Assembly: GCA_963702475.1 (NCBI GenBank)
Contig: CAVPCT010000003.1
Span: forward strand, 544,001 to 608,000
From: an uncultured Thermoleophilia bacterium
GTDB taxonomy: Bacteria; Actinomycetota; Thermoleophilia; UBA2241
DNA length: 64,000 nucleotides
Direction: 5' to 3'
The notes under the pieces are model-generated. The model had not been told where the DNA came from and searched no databases. It saw only the letters and a program-made list of their open reading frames with translations. Positions 1-9,995 of the stretch are shown here, piece by piece; position 1 is the stretch's first letter; each line of letters begins with the position of its first letter. The translations under genes were made by a program, and so were the position numbers.

Positions 1-2
1 CC

Positions 3-2132
3 GGCCGCCGCGGGCAGCAGCAGGGCGGCGCCGAGGGTAAGCGACAGGCGAAGGTCCTGGAGCAGTTCGGGCGCAACCTCACCAAGCTCGCCGAGGACGG
101 CAAGCTCGATCCCTGCATCGGCCGCGACATCGAGATCGAGCGCGTCATGCAGATCCTCAGCAGGCGCACCAAGAACAACCCCGTGCTCATCGGCGAGCCG
201 GGCGTCGGCAAGACGGCCATCGTGGAGGGCTTCGCGCAGCGCATCGCCAACCACGAGGTGCCCGAGCTCCTCAAGGGCAAGCAGGTCTACACACTGGACC
301 TCGCCGCGCTCGTCGCCGGCAGCAAGTACCGCGGCGAGTTCGAGGAGCGCCTCAAGAAGGTGATGAAGGAGATCCGCGACACCGGCGACATCATCATCTT
401 CATCGACGAGCTCCACAACCTCGTCGGCGCCGGCGCCGCGGAGGGCGCCATCGACGCGGCCAGCATCCTCAAGCCGGCGCTGGCCCGCGGCGAGCTGCAG
501 ACCATCGGCGCCACGACCATGGACGAGTACCGCAAGTACCTGGAGCGCGACGCCGCGCTGGAGCGCCGCTTCCAGCAGATCAAGGTGGCCGAGCCGTCGG
601 TCCCGGAGACCGTGGAGATCCTCAAGGGGCTCCGCGACCGCTACGAGGCCCACCACCGCATCCGCATCACCGACGAGGCACTGACATCGGCGGCCGAGCT
701 GGCCGACCGCTACATCAGCGACCGCTTCCTCCCGGACAAGGCCATCGACCTCATCGACGAGGCCGCCAGCCGCATGCGCATCCGCACCATGACCGCGCCT
801 CCCAGCTACCGCGAGCTCGAGGAGGAGATCTCCGGTGTGCGCAAGGAGAAAGAGGCGGCGATCGAGGCCCAGGAGTTCGAGAAGGCGGCCAACCTGCGCG
901 ACAAGGAGCGCAAGCTCAGCCACAAGAAGCTCGAGCTCGAGGACCAGTGGAAGACGAGTGACGAGGGCATGCGCGCCAGCATCGGCGAAGACGAGATCGC
1001 CGAGATCGTCAGCATGTGGACCGGCATCCCGGTGGTCAAGATCACCGAGGCCGAGAGCAAGAAGCTCCTGCGCATGGAAGACGAGCTCCACACGCGGCTC
1101 ATCGGGCAAGACCCGGCGGTGCGCGCCGTCAGCAAGGCCATCCGCCGCAGCCGCGCCGGGCTCAAGGACCCGCGGCGGCCCACGGGCTCGTTCATCTTCC
1201 TGGGTCCCTCCGGCGTCGGCAAGACCGAGCTCGCGCGCACGCTGGCCAACTTCCTCTTCGGCGACGAGGACCACCTCGTGCAGATCGACATGAGCGAGTA
1301 CATGGAGAAGCACTCCGTGTCCCGCCTCGTCGGCTCGCCGCCCGGCTACGTCGGTCACGACGAGGGCGGCCAGCTCACCGAGGTCGTGCGCCGCAAGCCG
1401 TACAGCGTGATCCTGTTCGACGAGATCGAGAAGGCTCACCCGGACGTCTTCAACATCCTCCTCCAGATCCTGGAGGACGGGCGCCTCACCGACTCGCAGG
1501 GCCGCACGGTCGACTTCCGCAACACCATCCTCATCATGACCAGCAACATCGGTGCCGAGATGATCACGCGCGATACGCCGCTGGGTTTCACGCAGACGGC
1601 CAACAAGGGCATGACGTACGAGGACATGAAGAGCCGCATCACCGGCGAGCTCAAGCGCGTGTTCAGGCCCGAGTTCCTCAATCGCGTGGACGAGGTCATC
1701 GTGTTCCACAAGCTGGAGCGCGAGGAGATCGCCCTGATCGTCGACCTGTTCATCGACAGGCTGCGGCACCAGGTGGCCCCGAGCGGCATCACCGTGGAGC
1801 TCACCGACGCCGGCCGCGACCTGCTGGTGGACAAGGGCTTCGACCCCATGCTGGGCGCGCGGCCGCTGCGCCGCGCCATCCAGCGGTACATCGAGGACAA
1901 GCTCAGCGACGCCATGCTCGAGCGGCAGTTCCCGGAGGGGACCATCATCATCGTCGACGCCGCCGAGGACGACACCGTGCTCACCGTCAACGGCGAGCGC
2001 GTGGGAGGGCGCGTCGAGCTGCCCATGGTGGGCCTCGACGAGCCGGTGACGCAGAGCGTCGGGCCGCTCGGCGGCCCGTCCCCTGGCGGTGACGACGGGC
2101 CCGATGCCGGCGGTGCCGCGGCGGGAGCCTGA
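3..2132 (+). CDS. clpC: ATP-dependent Clp protease ATPase subunit ClpC (5'-truncated by window)
   Basis: Two AAA+ modules ([16 protein letters not shown]), UVR-like middle segment ([12 protein letters not shown]); frame is open upstream of ATG 147 to the window edge ([12 protein letters not shown]). Confidence 0.95.
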   Translation, partial: GRRGQQQGGAEGKRQAKVLEQFGRNLTKLAEDGKLDPCIGRDIEIERVMQILSRRTKNNPVLIGEPGVGKTAIVEGFAQRIANHEVPELLKGKQVYTLDLAALVAGSKYRGEFEERLKKVMKEIRDTGDIIIFIDELHNLVGAGAAEGAIDAASILKPALARGELQTIGATTMDEYRKYLERDAALERRFQQIKVAEPSVPETVEILKGLRDRYEAHHRIRITDEALTSAAELADRYISDRFLPDKAIDLIDEAASRMRIRTMTAPPSYRELEEEISGVRKEKEAAIEAQEFEKAANLRDKERKLSHKKLELEDQWKTSDEGMRASIGEDEIAEIVSMWTGIPVVKITEAESKKLLRMEDELHTRLIGQDPAVRAVSKAIRRSRAGLKDPRRPTGSFIFLGPSGVGKTELARTLANFLFGDEDHLVQIDMSEYMEKHSVSRLVGSPPGYVGHDEGGQLTEVVRRKPYSVILFDEIEKAHPDVFNILLQILEDGRLTDSQGRTVDFRNTILIMTSNIGAEMITRDTPLGFTQTANKGMTYEDMKSRITGELKRVFRPEFLNRVDEVIVFHKLEREEIALIVDLFIDRLRHQVAPSGITVELTDAGRDLLVDKGFDPMLGARPLRRAIQRYIEDKLSDAMLERQFPEGTIIIVDAAEDDTVLTVNGERVGGRVELPMVGLDEPVTQSVGPLGGPSPGGDDGPDAGGAAAGA

Positions 2133-2179
2133 GGAGCCGGTGACCGGGCCGGGCACGACCGGCTGCCGGGCCGCCTGAG

Positions 2180-3652
2180 GTGGCCAAAGGGCAGACGGCG
2201 TTCACGTGCCGCGAGTGCGGGCGGCGCGAGGCCAAGTGGCTCGGGCACTGCCCCGACTGCGGCGCCTGGGACTCGTTCGACGAGGAGCGTGTCGCGGCGG
2301 GCGGCGCCGGCTACGCCGGCAGGGCCCGCCGGGCCAAGAAGAGCGACGGGGCCGAAGGAGGCCGGGCCGGAGGGGGCGGCAGCGCCTCGTCCTCCGGCCC
2401 CGGCTCCTTTGGCCCCGTGCGTCTGTCCGAGGTCGTCTCATCGGCGATGGACCGCTTCTCCAGCGGCATCGCCGAGCTCGACCTGGTGCTCGGTGGCGGC
2501 ATCGTCCCGGGCTCGCTCGTGCTGGTCGGCGGCGAGCCCGGCATCGGCAAGTCCACGCTTCTGCTCCAGGCGCTCGACCGCGTGGCCGCCTCCGGGCGCC
2601 GCGTGCTGCTCGTGTGCGGCGAGGAGTCGGCGGCCCAGGTCAAGATGCGCGCCGAGCGCGTCTGCGCCGACCCCGCGCCCATCGAGGTGTTCGCCGAGAC
2701 CGACCTCGACACCGTCGTCGAGGCGGTCGCGGCGGCGAGGCCGGCGTTCGTGGTCGTCGACTCGGTCCAGACGCTCTACTGCGACGCCTTCACGTCGGCG
2801 CCGGGCAGCGTGAGCCAGGTGCGCGAAGCGGCGGGCTGCTTCCTCCGCCTGGCCAAAGACACCGGCGCCGCCGTGTTCCTCGTCGGGCACGTCACCAAAG
2901 AGGGAGCCATCGCCGGGCCGCGCGTGCTGGAGCACGTGGTCGACACCGTGCTTCAGTTCGAGGGCGACCGCACACGCTTCTTCCGCACGCTGCGGGCTGC
3001 CAAGAACCGCTTCGGCTCCACCAACGAGCTGGGCGTGTTCGAGATGACCGGCGCCGGCCTCGCAGGGGTGGCCGACCCTTCGGCCCTGTTCCTCGGCGCC
3101 GGTGGCCCCGCGGCCGGCGCCGCCGTCCACATCGCCGTGGAGGGAAGCCGCTGCTTCGCCGTCGAGGTCCAGGCGCTGGTGCACCGCACGGAACTCGCCA
3201 TGCCGCGACGCGTGGCCGTCGGCTTCGACCGCAACCGCTTGGCGATGATCGTCGCCGTGCTCGGCCGGCACGCCCATCTGCCTTTGTCATCCAGTGACGT
3301 TTTTGTTACAATTGCAGGCGGAATCCGCATCGACGAACCTGCGGCCGACCTCGCCGTTGCCCTCGCCATCGCCTCTGCCGAGCGTGACGTGCCGTTGCCG
3401 CAAGGTGTCGCCGCAATCGGGGAGGTCAGCCTGACGGGCGAGCTGCGCACCTGCAGTCAGTGTGAACGACGTGTCGTCGAGGCCGGCCGTGCCGGCTTCG
3501 ACCGTGTTGTCGTGCCCACTGCCGACGCGCGACGTCTCGGCGGTGTCGCTGCGGGAAGCGCGGACTTGCGCGGGGCTCTTGGTGCTCTCCTCGGCGGAGC
3601 GTCTCCGTCGCGGCAGGGCTCCGGGGCCGGCAACGACCAATTGGGGGTTTGA
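2180..3652 (+). CDS. radA: DNA repair protein RadA/Sms
   Basis: N-terminal C4 zinc finger (CRECG...CPDC), Walker A GEPGIGKS, KNRFG motif, Lon-like C-terminus. Confidence 0.95.
   Translation: MAKGQTAFTCRECGRREAKWLGHCPDCGAWDSFDEERVAAGGAGYAGRARRAKKSDGAEGGRAGGGGSASSSGPGSFGPVRLSEVVSSAMDRFSSGIAELDLVLGGGIVPGSLVLVGGEPGIGKSTLLLQALDRVAASGRRVLLVCGEESAAQVKMRAERVCADPAPIEVFAETDLDTVVEAVAAARPAFVVVDSVQTLYCDAFTSAPGSVSQVREAAGCFLRLAKDTGAAVFLVGHVTKEGAIAGPRVLEHVVDTVLQFEGDRTRFFRTLRAAKNRFGSTNELGVFEMTGAGLAGVADPSALFLGAGGPAAGAAVHIAVEGSRCFAVEVQALVHRTELAMPRRVAVGFDRNRLAMIVAVLGRHAHLPLSSSDVFVTIAGGIRIDEPAADLAVALAIASAERDVPLPQGVAAIGEVSLTGELRTCSQCERRVVEAGRAGFDRVVVPTADARRLGGVAAGSADLRGALGALLGGASPSRQGSGAGNDQLGV
3284..3312 (+). 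promoter_or_regulatory. Sigma70-type promoter inside radA, probably driving carD and downstream genes
   Basis: TTGTCA-N17-TACAAT with extended -10 TG, in an AT-rich patch of an otherwise GC-rich gene. Confidence 0.6.
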
Positions 3653-3657
3653 GAACG

Positions 3658-4194
3658 TTGTACTCAGTCGGTGACAAGGTCGTGTACCCGCATCACGGCG
3701 CGGGCAAGATCATGAAGATCGAGCAGAAAGAGATCCTCGGCCAGCAGCGTGACTACCTCACGATCCAGATCCTCCACAACGACATGACCGTCATGGTCCC
3801 GGTGGAGAACGCCGACCGGGCCGGCCTGCGCAAGGTGGTAGAGGCCGACGTCGTCGACCAGGTCCTGGAGGTCCTGCGCGGCGACCCCACCAAGATGCCC
3901 AAGAACTGGAGCCGTCGCTACAAGCACAACCGCGACAAGCTCAAGACGGGCGACATCTTCGAGGTCGCCGAGGTCGTGCGCAACCTGGCCATCCGCCACG
4001 CCATCAAAGGCCTGTCGACCGGCGAGAAGCAGATGTTCTCCAAGGCCAAGAAGATCCTTGCCAGCGAGCTCATGTATGCGCGCGACTTCAGCGAGGACGA
4101 GGCCAACGCGTTCCTCGAAGAGGTCCTCGAGAACATCCATGTCGACGGGGCTCCGGTTGTCGACGAGCCGCTCGAGCCGGCCACCGTCGTCTGA
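3658..4194 (+). CDS. carD: CarD family transcription factor
   Basis: YSVGDKVVYPHHGAG...NWSRRYK...LSTGEKQM; TTG start chosen at 3658 (3649 possible). Confidence 0.93.
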   Translation: MYSVGDKVVYPHHGAGKIMKIEQKEILGQQRDYLTIQILHNDMTVMVPVENADRAGLRKVVEADVVDQVLEVLRGDPTKMPKNWSRRYKHNRDKLKTGDIFEVAEVVRNLAIRHAIKGLSTGEKQMFSKAKKILASELMYARDFSEDEANAFLEEVLENIHVDGAPVVDEPLEPATVV

Positions 4195-4234
4195 GGCCGG
4201 ACCCCGGCCGAAGAAGGAGCGCAAGCCGCGGGGC

Positions 4235-5287
4235 GTGCTCGCCCCGGCCGTCCGCACGGTGCTCGCCCTGCTCGGCGCTTTGGCTGGTTACCAGTTCGCC
4301 GACCAGATCCTCGTTTCGTCGTTCGCTCCGGACTTCGGCGAGACCGGCAAGATCGTCTGGCTCGTCGTGGCCACCTTCGTTGGTTTCGCCGTCGGCTACG
4401 TGTGCGGCTTCCTGCTCTCGCGCTACGTGCTGCGGGGATTCCGGCACATGGACGAGGTCATGGCCCGGGCCTCGGGCGCCGAGGTCGTGGTGGCCATCGG
4501 CGGCGTCGTCGTGGGACTGGTCATCGCCACCCTCATCAGCATCGCCCTGGTGCGGATCCCCGTGGTGGGACCGTACCTCACCATCCCCATCTATCTGCTG
4601 GCCGGCTACTTCACCGCCTACGTGGCCGCCAAGAAGCACGTCGAGATCCTGCGGCTGCTCGGCCTGCGCGGAGCGTTCGCCGTGCTCCCCGGCCTCACGC
4701 CGTCGAAGCTGCTCGACTCCAGCGCCATCGTGGACGGCCGCATCCTCGACATCGTGAACACCGGCTTCGTCGAGGGGGAGATCCTGGTGCCGCGCTTCGT
4801 CGTCGAGGAGCTCCAGCACCTGGCCGACTCCAGCGACGCGGAGAAGCGCGTGCGCGGGCGCCGCGGGCTGGACTTCGTGAAGCGTCTTCAGAACACGTCC
4901 GGCGCCGTGCGCATCGACGACACCGACTTCTCCGACATCGACGCCGTCGACAGCAAGCTGGTGCGCCTGGCGCGCGATCTCGGCGCCCAGATCGTCACCA
5001 CCGATCACACGCTCAACAAGGTGGCCGAGATCCAGGGGGTCAAGGTGCTCAACGTCAACGACCTCGCCAACTCCGTCAAGCCGGCCGTGCTGCCGGGCGA
5101 GGTCATCGAGGTCAAGATCCTGCGTGAGGGGCGGGAGCAGGACCAGGGTGTCGGCTACCTCGACGACGGCACCATGATCGTCGTCGAGTCGGGGGCGCTG
5201 CTGGTGGGGTCACGCGTCAAGGCCGAGGTGACCAGCGTGCTGCAGAGCCCGTCTGGAAAGATGATCTTCAGTCGCGTGCTGCCGTAG
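4235..5287 (+). CDS. Membrane PIN/TRAM domain protein (YacL-like)
   Basis: Four N-terminal TM segments, PIN (LDSSAIVDGR...RGRRGLD), TRAM (QGVGYLDDGTMIVVE); start approximate. Confidence 0.9.
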   Translation: MLAPAVRTVLALLGALAGYQFADQILVSSFAPDFGETGKIVWLVVATFVGFAVGYVCGFLLSRYVLRGFRHMDEVMARASGAEVVVAIGGVVVGLVIATLISIALVRIPVVGPYLTIPIYLLAGYFTAYVAAKKHVEILRLLGLRGAFAVLPGLTPSKLLDSSAIVDGRILDIVNTGFVEGEILVPRFVVEELQHLADSSDAEKRVRGRRGLDFVKRLQNTSGAVRIDDTDFSDIDAVDSKLVRLARDLGAQIVTTDHTLNKVAEIQGVKVLNVNDLANSVKPAVLPGEVIEVKILREGREQDQGVGYLDDGTMIVVESGALLVGSRVKAEVTSVLQSPSGKMIFSRVLP

Positions 5288-5320
5288 GCGCACACGCGGC
5301 CCGACCAGGAGGACTGAGTC

Positions 5321-6037
5321 ATGGAGGACCAGCAAGCCGGAGAGCTCTGGGTCATCGTCGCCGCGGCCGGCGAGAGCCGCCGTATGGGCCTGCCTGACGG
5401 CGAGTCCAAGCAGTTCCTGCTGCTGGGCGGCGAACCCATCCTGAATCACTCGGTGCGTCGCCTGCTGGCCATGCCCGAGGTCTCCGGCATCGTGGTCGTC
5501 CTGCATCCTTCCCACACCATCCGCTTCGCCAGCGAGCTGCTCGCCTTCGACGACACCAAACCGCTGCTCATCGCCGAGGGCGGGCGCACGCGCCTCGATT
5601 CGGTGCGTGCCGGCCTGCTCGAGGTGCCCGAGAGCGCTTCCGCGATCGCCGTGCACGACGGCGCCCGCCCGTTGTTCAGCAAGCATGTGTTCGAGCACTG
5701 CCTCGAGGCCCTGCGCGAGGCCGACGGCGCCGTGCCGGCCCTCGAGGTGAGCGACACGCTCAAGCGCGAGGGCTCGCACTGCCTGGTCGAGGCCAGCGTC
5801 GATCGACGCGGCATGTGGGCGGCGCAGACGCCGCAGGTGTTCCGCGCCGCCGCCCTGCGCGACGTGTACCGGCGCGGCCTCGAACCGGACGCGACCGACG
5901 ACGCAGCGCTCCTCGAGAAGGGTGGCTACAAGGTCCGGCTGGTGCCGTCCACGCCGGCCAACGTCAAGATCACCACGCCGGCGGACCTGCCGCTGGCCGG
6001 CGCGCTCCTGTCCTGGGAGGTCGAGGCAGACGTTTAG
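5321..6037 (+). CDS. ispD: 2-C-methyl-D-erythritol 4-phosphate cytidylyltransferase
   Basis: AAAGESRRMG, VHDGARP, AQTPQVF, TDDA, NVKITTPADL motifs. Confidence 0.95.
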   Translation: MEDQQAGELWVIVAAAGESRRMGLPDGESKQFLLLGGEPILNHSVRRLLAMPEVSGIVVVLHPSHTIRFASELLAFDDTKPLLIAEGGRTRLDSVRAGLLEVPESASAIAVHDGARPLFSKHVFEHCLEALREADGAVPALEVSDTLKREGSHCLVEASVDRRGMWAAQTPQVFRAAALRDVYRRGLEPDATDDAALLEKGGYKVRLVPSTPANVKITTPADLPLAGALLSWEVEADV

Positions 6038-6509
6038 GGTCGGCACCGGCTACGACGCCCACCGCTTCGCCGACGGTCGCCGGCTGGTGCTCTGCGGCGT
6101 CGCGATCGAGCACCCCCAGGGCCTCGCCGGGCACTCCGACGCCGACGTCGCAGTGCATGCCCTCATGGACGCGCTCCTCGGCGCGGCCGGCCTGGGCGAC
6201 ATCGGCGAGTCCTTTCCCGACAGCGACGAGGCCTATCTCGGCGTCTCCAGCATGGAGCTCTTGCAGCAGGTCGTCGACCGGCTGGCCAGGGACGGTTGGG
6301 CGGTGCAGAACGTGGACCTGGTCGTGGTCTGCGAGCGGCCGCGTCTTGCGCCCTACCGGCAGGTCATGCGCGAGAGTCTGGCGGCCGTGCTGGACGTGAC
6401 GCCCTCGGCCGTAGGCGTCAAGGGGACGACCAGCGAGGGCATGGGATGGGAAGGCCGTGGCGAAGGCATCTCCGCCACGGCCGTGTGTCTGCTTTCGCGA
6501 GAAGGGTGA
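6030..6509 (+). CDS. ispF: 2-C-methyl-D-erythritol 2,4-cyclodiphosphate synthase (start codon uncertain)
   Basis: RVGTGYDAH, GHSDADV, GDIG, KGTTSEGMG; ACG occupies the expected start position. Confidence 0.9.
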   Translation, partial: TFRVGTGYDAHRFADGRRLVLCGVAIEHPQGLAGHSDADVAVHALMDALLGAAGLGDIGESFPDSDEAYLGVSSMELLQQVVDRLARDGWAVQNVDLVVVCERPRLAPYRQVMRESLAAVLDVTPSAVGVKGTTSEGMGWEGRGEGISATAVCLLSREG

Positions 6510-6530
6510 GACGCCGGACGGCGCCGGCTC

Positions 6531-6740
6531 TCAGGCGTCGGCCGGCTTGTCGCCCTTGGCCGACGCGATCTCCTGCGCTGCCTTCTCGTCGTCGTCGACC
6601 ACTTCTTCGTTGAGGCCCTGCTTGAACCCCTTGATGCTCTGGCCCATCGAGCGCCCGAGCTTGGGCAGGCGCGTGGCGCCGAAGAGCAGCAGGATGACGA
6701 GGACGATGAGGCCGATCTCCAGAGGACCAATATTGGGCAT
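6531..6740 (-). CDS. tatA: Twin-arginine translocase TatA/E
   Basis: IGPLEIGLIVLVILLLFGATRLPKLGRSMGQSIKGFK; SD (AGGAG) upstream. Confidence 0.93.
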   Translation of the reverse strand: MPNIGPLEIGLIVLVILLLFGATRLPKLGRSMGQSIKGFKQGLNEEVVDDDEKAAQEIASAKGDKPADA

Positions 6741-6889
6741 GTCACTCTCCTGGGGTGCTCGGCGCCTTTGGTGCTCTCGACGCCGCTGTGGGCGGGATGT
6801 CGCTTGCCGCTGGAGACACTGTAGGGCCTCGCACGGCGGTTAGCAATCCATCCGGGGGCGAGGGGGGCCGCGTAACGGCCTTCAGGGGT

Positions 6890-6945
6890 TTGCGTGGTCG
6901 GCCGGGCGCATATAATAATGCTAAGTTACTTAGTATTGATTTAGC
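6890..6945 (+). promoter_or_regulatory. Promoter with palindromic operator for the molybdoenzyme operon
   Basis: TATAAT at 6911-6916, then perfect inverted repeat CTAAGT-T-ACTTAG at 6921-6933; AGGAGG SD before ATG 6961. Confidence 0.6.
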
Positions 6946-6960
6946 GCACGAGGAGGCCAC

Positions 6961-7266
6961 ATGACCGCGCTCAGCCGACCTGACCTGCCGGTCACGACGA
7001 GGCGTCGCTTTCTGTCGCTGACCGGTCTGGCCGCACTCGGGGCCCTCGTCCTCGACGCGTCCAGGAAGGCGGAGCCGGCGTTGGCCGCCGGCGCTCCGCT
7101 ACTCCGTCCCGCTGCAGCCGGGACCAGCGCAGGCCGCTGTGCCCACTGCGGTTCTCCGTCGCACTCGACGCTGAGCCCGGCCTGCGAACAGGGCGCCGCG
7201 CCGAGGCGCGCCCTGCAGAGTGAGGCACGGCGTCGCGCCGCCGGACGCCGGAGGGCGGCGACATGA
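6961..7266 (+). CDS. Small Tat-signal protein with Cx2Cx4Hx6C motif, function unknown
   Basis: Strong SD; TRRRFLSL twin-Arg plus hydrophobic h-region; CAHCGSPSHSTLSPAC; stop overlaps next start (ATGA). Confidence 0.65.
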   Translation: MTALSRPDLPVTTRRRFLSLTGLAALGALVLDASRKAEPALAAGAPLLRPAAAGTSAGRCAHCGSPSHSTLSPACEQGAAPRRALQSEARRRAAGRRRAAT

Positions 7267-9995
7267 AGGTCACGCGCCGCGAGCTGCTGGTCGGTGCCGG
7301 CGCCACCGCCGGGACGGCGGCCGTGGCCGGCGCCCTCGGCCCCAAGGCCGCCGACGTCCTCGCCGGCAGGGATGAGACCCCGCAGTCCCTGCCGGTGGAC
7401 CGGGTGGTGCGCACCACGTGCTCGCCCAACTGCACCGGCTCGTGCGGCCAACTCGCGTTCGTGCGCGACGGCAAGGTGGTCAAGGTGCAGCAGGCCGCCG
7501 ACTACCCGGAGAACGAGTACAACCCGCGCGGCTGCATGAAGGGGATCTCGTACCACCTGCTCATCCACGGCCCCGACCGCATCCAGGCCCCATTGGTGCG
7601 CGAGGGCGAACGAGGGTCCGGGGAGTTCCGCGAGGCCACGTGGGAGGAGGTGCTCGACCGCATCGCCGCCGAGCTCAAGCGCATCGGCGACACCTGGGGC
7701 TGGGACTCCGTCCATGTGTTCAGCCAGGTGCCCGGCTCAGGGTATATCCAGAAGGGCGCCGCCTACCGCGCCTGCGCCGCGCTCGGCATGACGCACGGCA
7801 CGAGCTTCGACTTCAACGGCGACCTGCCCATGGGCATGCCGATCACGTTCGGTGTGCAGAACGCCGAGCACGAATCCAAGGATTGGGCCAAGAGCCGCTT
7901 CATCCTCCTGATCGGCGCCAACCCGCTCGAGACGCGCATCCCCGACGCGCACTTCATCCACGACGCCGTGGCCGCCGGCGCGCGCCTCGTGGTCGTCGAC
8001 CCGACCTACTCCTCCACGGCGTCCAAGGCCGACGCCTGGCTGCAGATCAAGCCCGGCACCGACGCGGCGCTCGGACTCGCCCTGTCCCGCCAGGTGATCG
8101 AGGACGACGCTGCCGATTGGGACTTCATGCGCACGTTCACGGACGCGCCACTGTTGGTGCGCGCGGACACCGGCAGGCGCCTGCGCGCGCACGAGCTGGC
8201 GGCCGGGCAGGCGCACGACCCCGGCCCGGCGGCCGGCGTGGGCCTGGGCGAGTACGGCGCCGAGGCGCCGCTCGTCGGCACGGCTCCCGAACAGCCACCG
8301 GGCCCGGCGGCTCACGGCCTGCCGGCCCTGTCCAAGGACCGCTACGTGGCCTGGGACGCCGCGCGCGGCGGTGCCGTCGTCATCGGCACCGACCGGCTCG
8401 GCGTGCCCGAGGGCGCCGACCTCGCCCTCGACGGCGACTACGCCGTCAAGCTCGCCGACGGCTCGCGCGTGCGCGTGACACCCGGTTTCGCGCTCGTGCA
8501 GCAGGAGCTGGCTGCCTGGACGCCGGAGAAGGCCTCGGGGGTCACCGGCGTCCCGGCCGACACCATCGTGCGCCTCGCCCGCTCCTTCGCTGCGCAGCGT
8601 CCTGCCGCCGTCATCATGGGCGGCGGCAGCAACCACTGGTTCCACGGCGATCTCACCGGCCGCGCTTTCGCCCTGCTCGCGTCACTCACCGGCAACGTCG
8701 GCCGCTCCGGCGGCGGCTTCTCCGTGTACGTCGGCCAGTACAAGGTGCGCGTGGACACGTCGCCCTGGTGGGCCCTCGGCGACGTGAAGGCGAAGATCGT
8801 GCCCAGCGTGTACTTCGTGCGCGGCCGCACTGAGACGATGAACCCGCTCGTGCCGTACCCAGAGAACGGCTTCAAGGCGCTGATCTGCACCTTCGCCAAC
8901 ATGTTCCTGCAGGCCATGGACGTGAACCGCCTGCACGAGACCCTGGACGGCTGCGAACTGGTCGTGGTCGTCGACCACCAGATGACCGACACGGTGAAGT
9001 ACGCCGATATCGTGCTGCCGGCCGCCACCTGGTACGAGAAGACCGACCTCACCGCCACGCCCCTGCACCCTTACCTGCAGATCCAGCAGGAGGCCATCCC
9101 GCCGGTGGGCGAGTCCAAGCCCGAGCTGTGGATGTGGCAGGAGATCGTCAAGCGCATCGACCCGGAGCTGTTCGCGCAGTGGTTCGACGTCACGGCGGAG
9201 GAGGCGATCGAGCAGATCCTCGCGCGCGGCGGCGCCACGGCGGGGATCACCCTGGAGCAGCTCCAGGCCGGTCCGGTGCGCCTGGGCGTGCCGGACCCGG
9301 ACGTGGCCTTCGTGCGCCAGGTCCGCGAGCTCGCGCCCTTCCCGCCGGTGTCGCTGCCGGCGCCGCTCGAGGCCACGGCGCAGTTCATCCCCACGCGCCG
9401 GGCCGAGTTCTACAAAGAGGAGGAGCGCTTCATCGAGCTCGACGAGACCGTGCCGACGTACAAGCCGCCGCACGATGACGAGGTGCACGACCCGGCCGAG
9501 TACCCCATCACCCTGCTCTCGCCGCACTCCAAGTGGCGCATCCACTCGAGCTACGCCAACGTGGCGTGGCTGAACGAGATCACCGGCGGCAAGGCGCCCG
9601 TGCTGTTGAGCCCGGAGACCGCTGCGGCGCTGTGCATCGACGAAGGCGACCTCGTGGAGCTCCGCAACACCCGCGGAAGCGTGCGCGCCTGGGCCCACCT
9701 GACCGAGGCGGCCACCCCCGGCACCGCGACCCTGTTCGAGGGCTGGTGGAGCCGTCAGCTGGGCGGCGGCAAGAGCGTCAACGAGCTGACCTCGTCCGAG
9801 GTCAATCCCATCCACGAGGTCCACTACGTCGCCAATATGTGGTCGCCGTCCACGGGCTGGAAGGACTGCCGCTGCCAACTGGCCAAGGTCGTCGACGGCG
9901 AGCCCTTCCTCATGGGCACGCCGGCCGGCATGGAGGAGGAGACGGTGCCGGCGGCCGAAGGTCCCGCGTCCCCGCTGGAGGTGAGTCATGCCTGA
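7263..9995 (+). CDS. Tat-exported DMSO-reductase-family (type II, NarG/PcrA/EbdA-like) molybdoenzyme catalytic subunit
   Basis: TRRELL Tat motif; CSPNCTGSC...YNPRGCMKG FS0 motif; SFDFNGDLP (Asp ligand position); TRIPDAHF; PHSKWRIHS domain IV. Confidence 0.9.
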   Translation: MKVTRRELLVGAGATAGTAAVAGALGPKAADVLAGRDETPQSLPVDRVVRTTCSPNCTGSCGQLAFVRDGKVVKVQQAADYPENEYNPRGCMKGISYHLLIHGPDRIQAPLVREGERGSGEFREATWEEVLDRIAAELKRIGDTWGWDSVHVFSQVPGSGYIQKGAAYRACAALGMTHGTSFDFNGDLPMGMPITFGVQNAEHESKDWAKSRFILLIGANPLETRIPDAHFIHDAVAAGARLVVVDPTYSSTASKADAWLQIKPGTDAALGLALSRQVIEDDAADWDFMRTFTDAPLLVRADTGRRLRAHELAAGQAHDPGPAAGVGLGEYGAEAPLVGTAPEQPPGPAAHGLPALSKDRYVAWDAARGGAVVIGTDRLGVPEGADLALDGDYAVKLADGSRVRVTPGFALVQQELAAWTPEKASGVTGVPADTIVRLARSFAAQRPAAVIMGGGSNHWFHGDLTGRAFALLASLTGNVGRSGGGFSVYVGQYKVRVDTSPWWALGDVKAKIVPSVYFVRGRTETMNPLVPYPENGFKALICTFANMFLQAMDVNRLHETLDGCELVVVVDHQMTDTVKYADIVLPAATWYEKTDLTATPLHPYLQIQQEAIPPVGESKPELWMWQEIVKRIDPELFAQWFDVTAEEAIEQILARGGATAGITLEQLQAGPVRLGVPDPDVAFVRQVRELAPFPPVSLPAPLEATAQFIPTRRAEFYKEEERFIELDETVPTYKPPHDDEVHDPAEYPITLLSPHSKWRIHSSYANVAWLNEITGGKAPVLLSPETAAALCIDEGDLVELRNTRGSVRAWAHLTEAATPGTATLFEGWWSRQLGGGKSVNELTSSEVNPIHEVHYVANMWSPSTGWKDCRCQLAKVVDGEPFLMGTPAGMEEETVPAAEGPASPLEVSHA

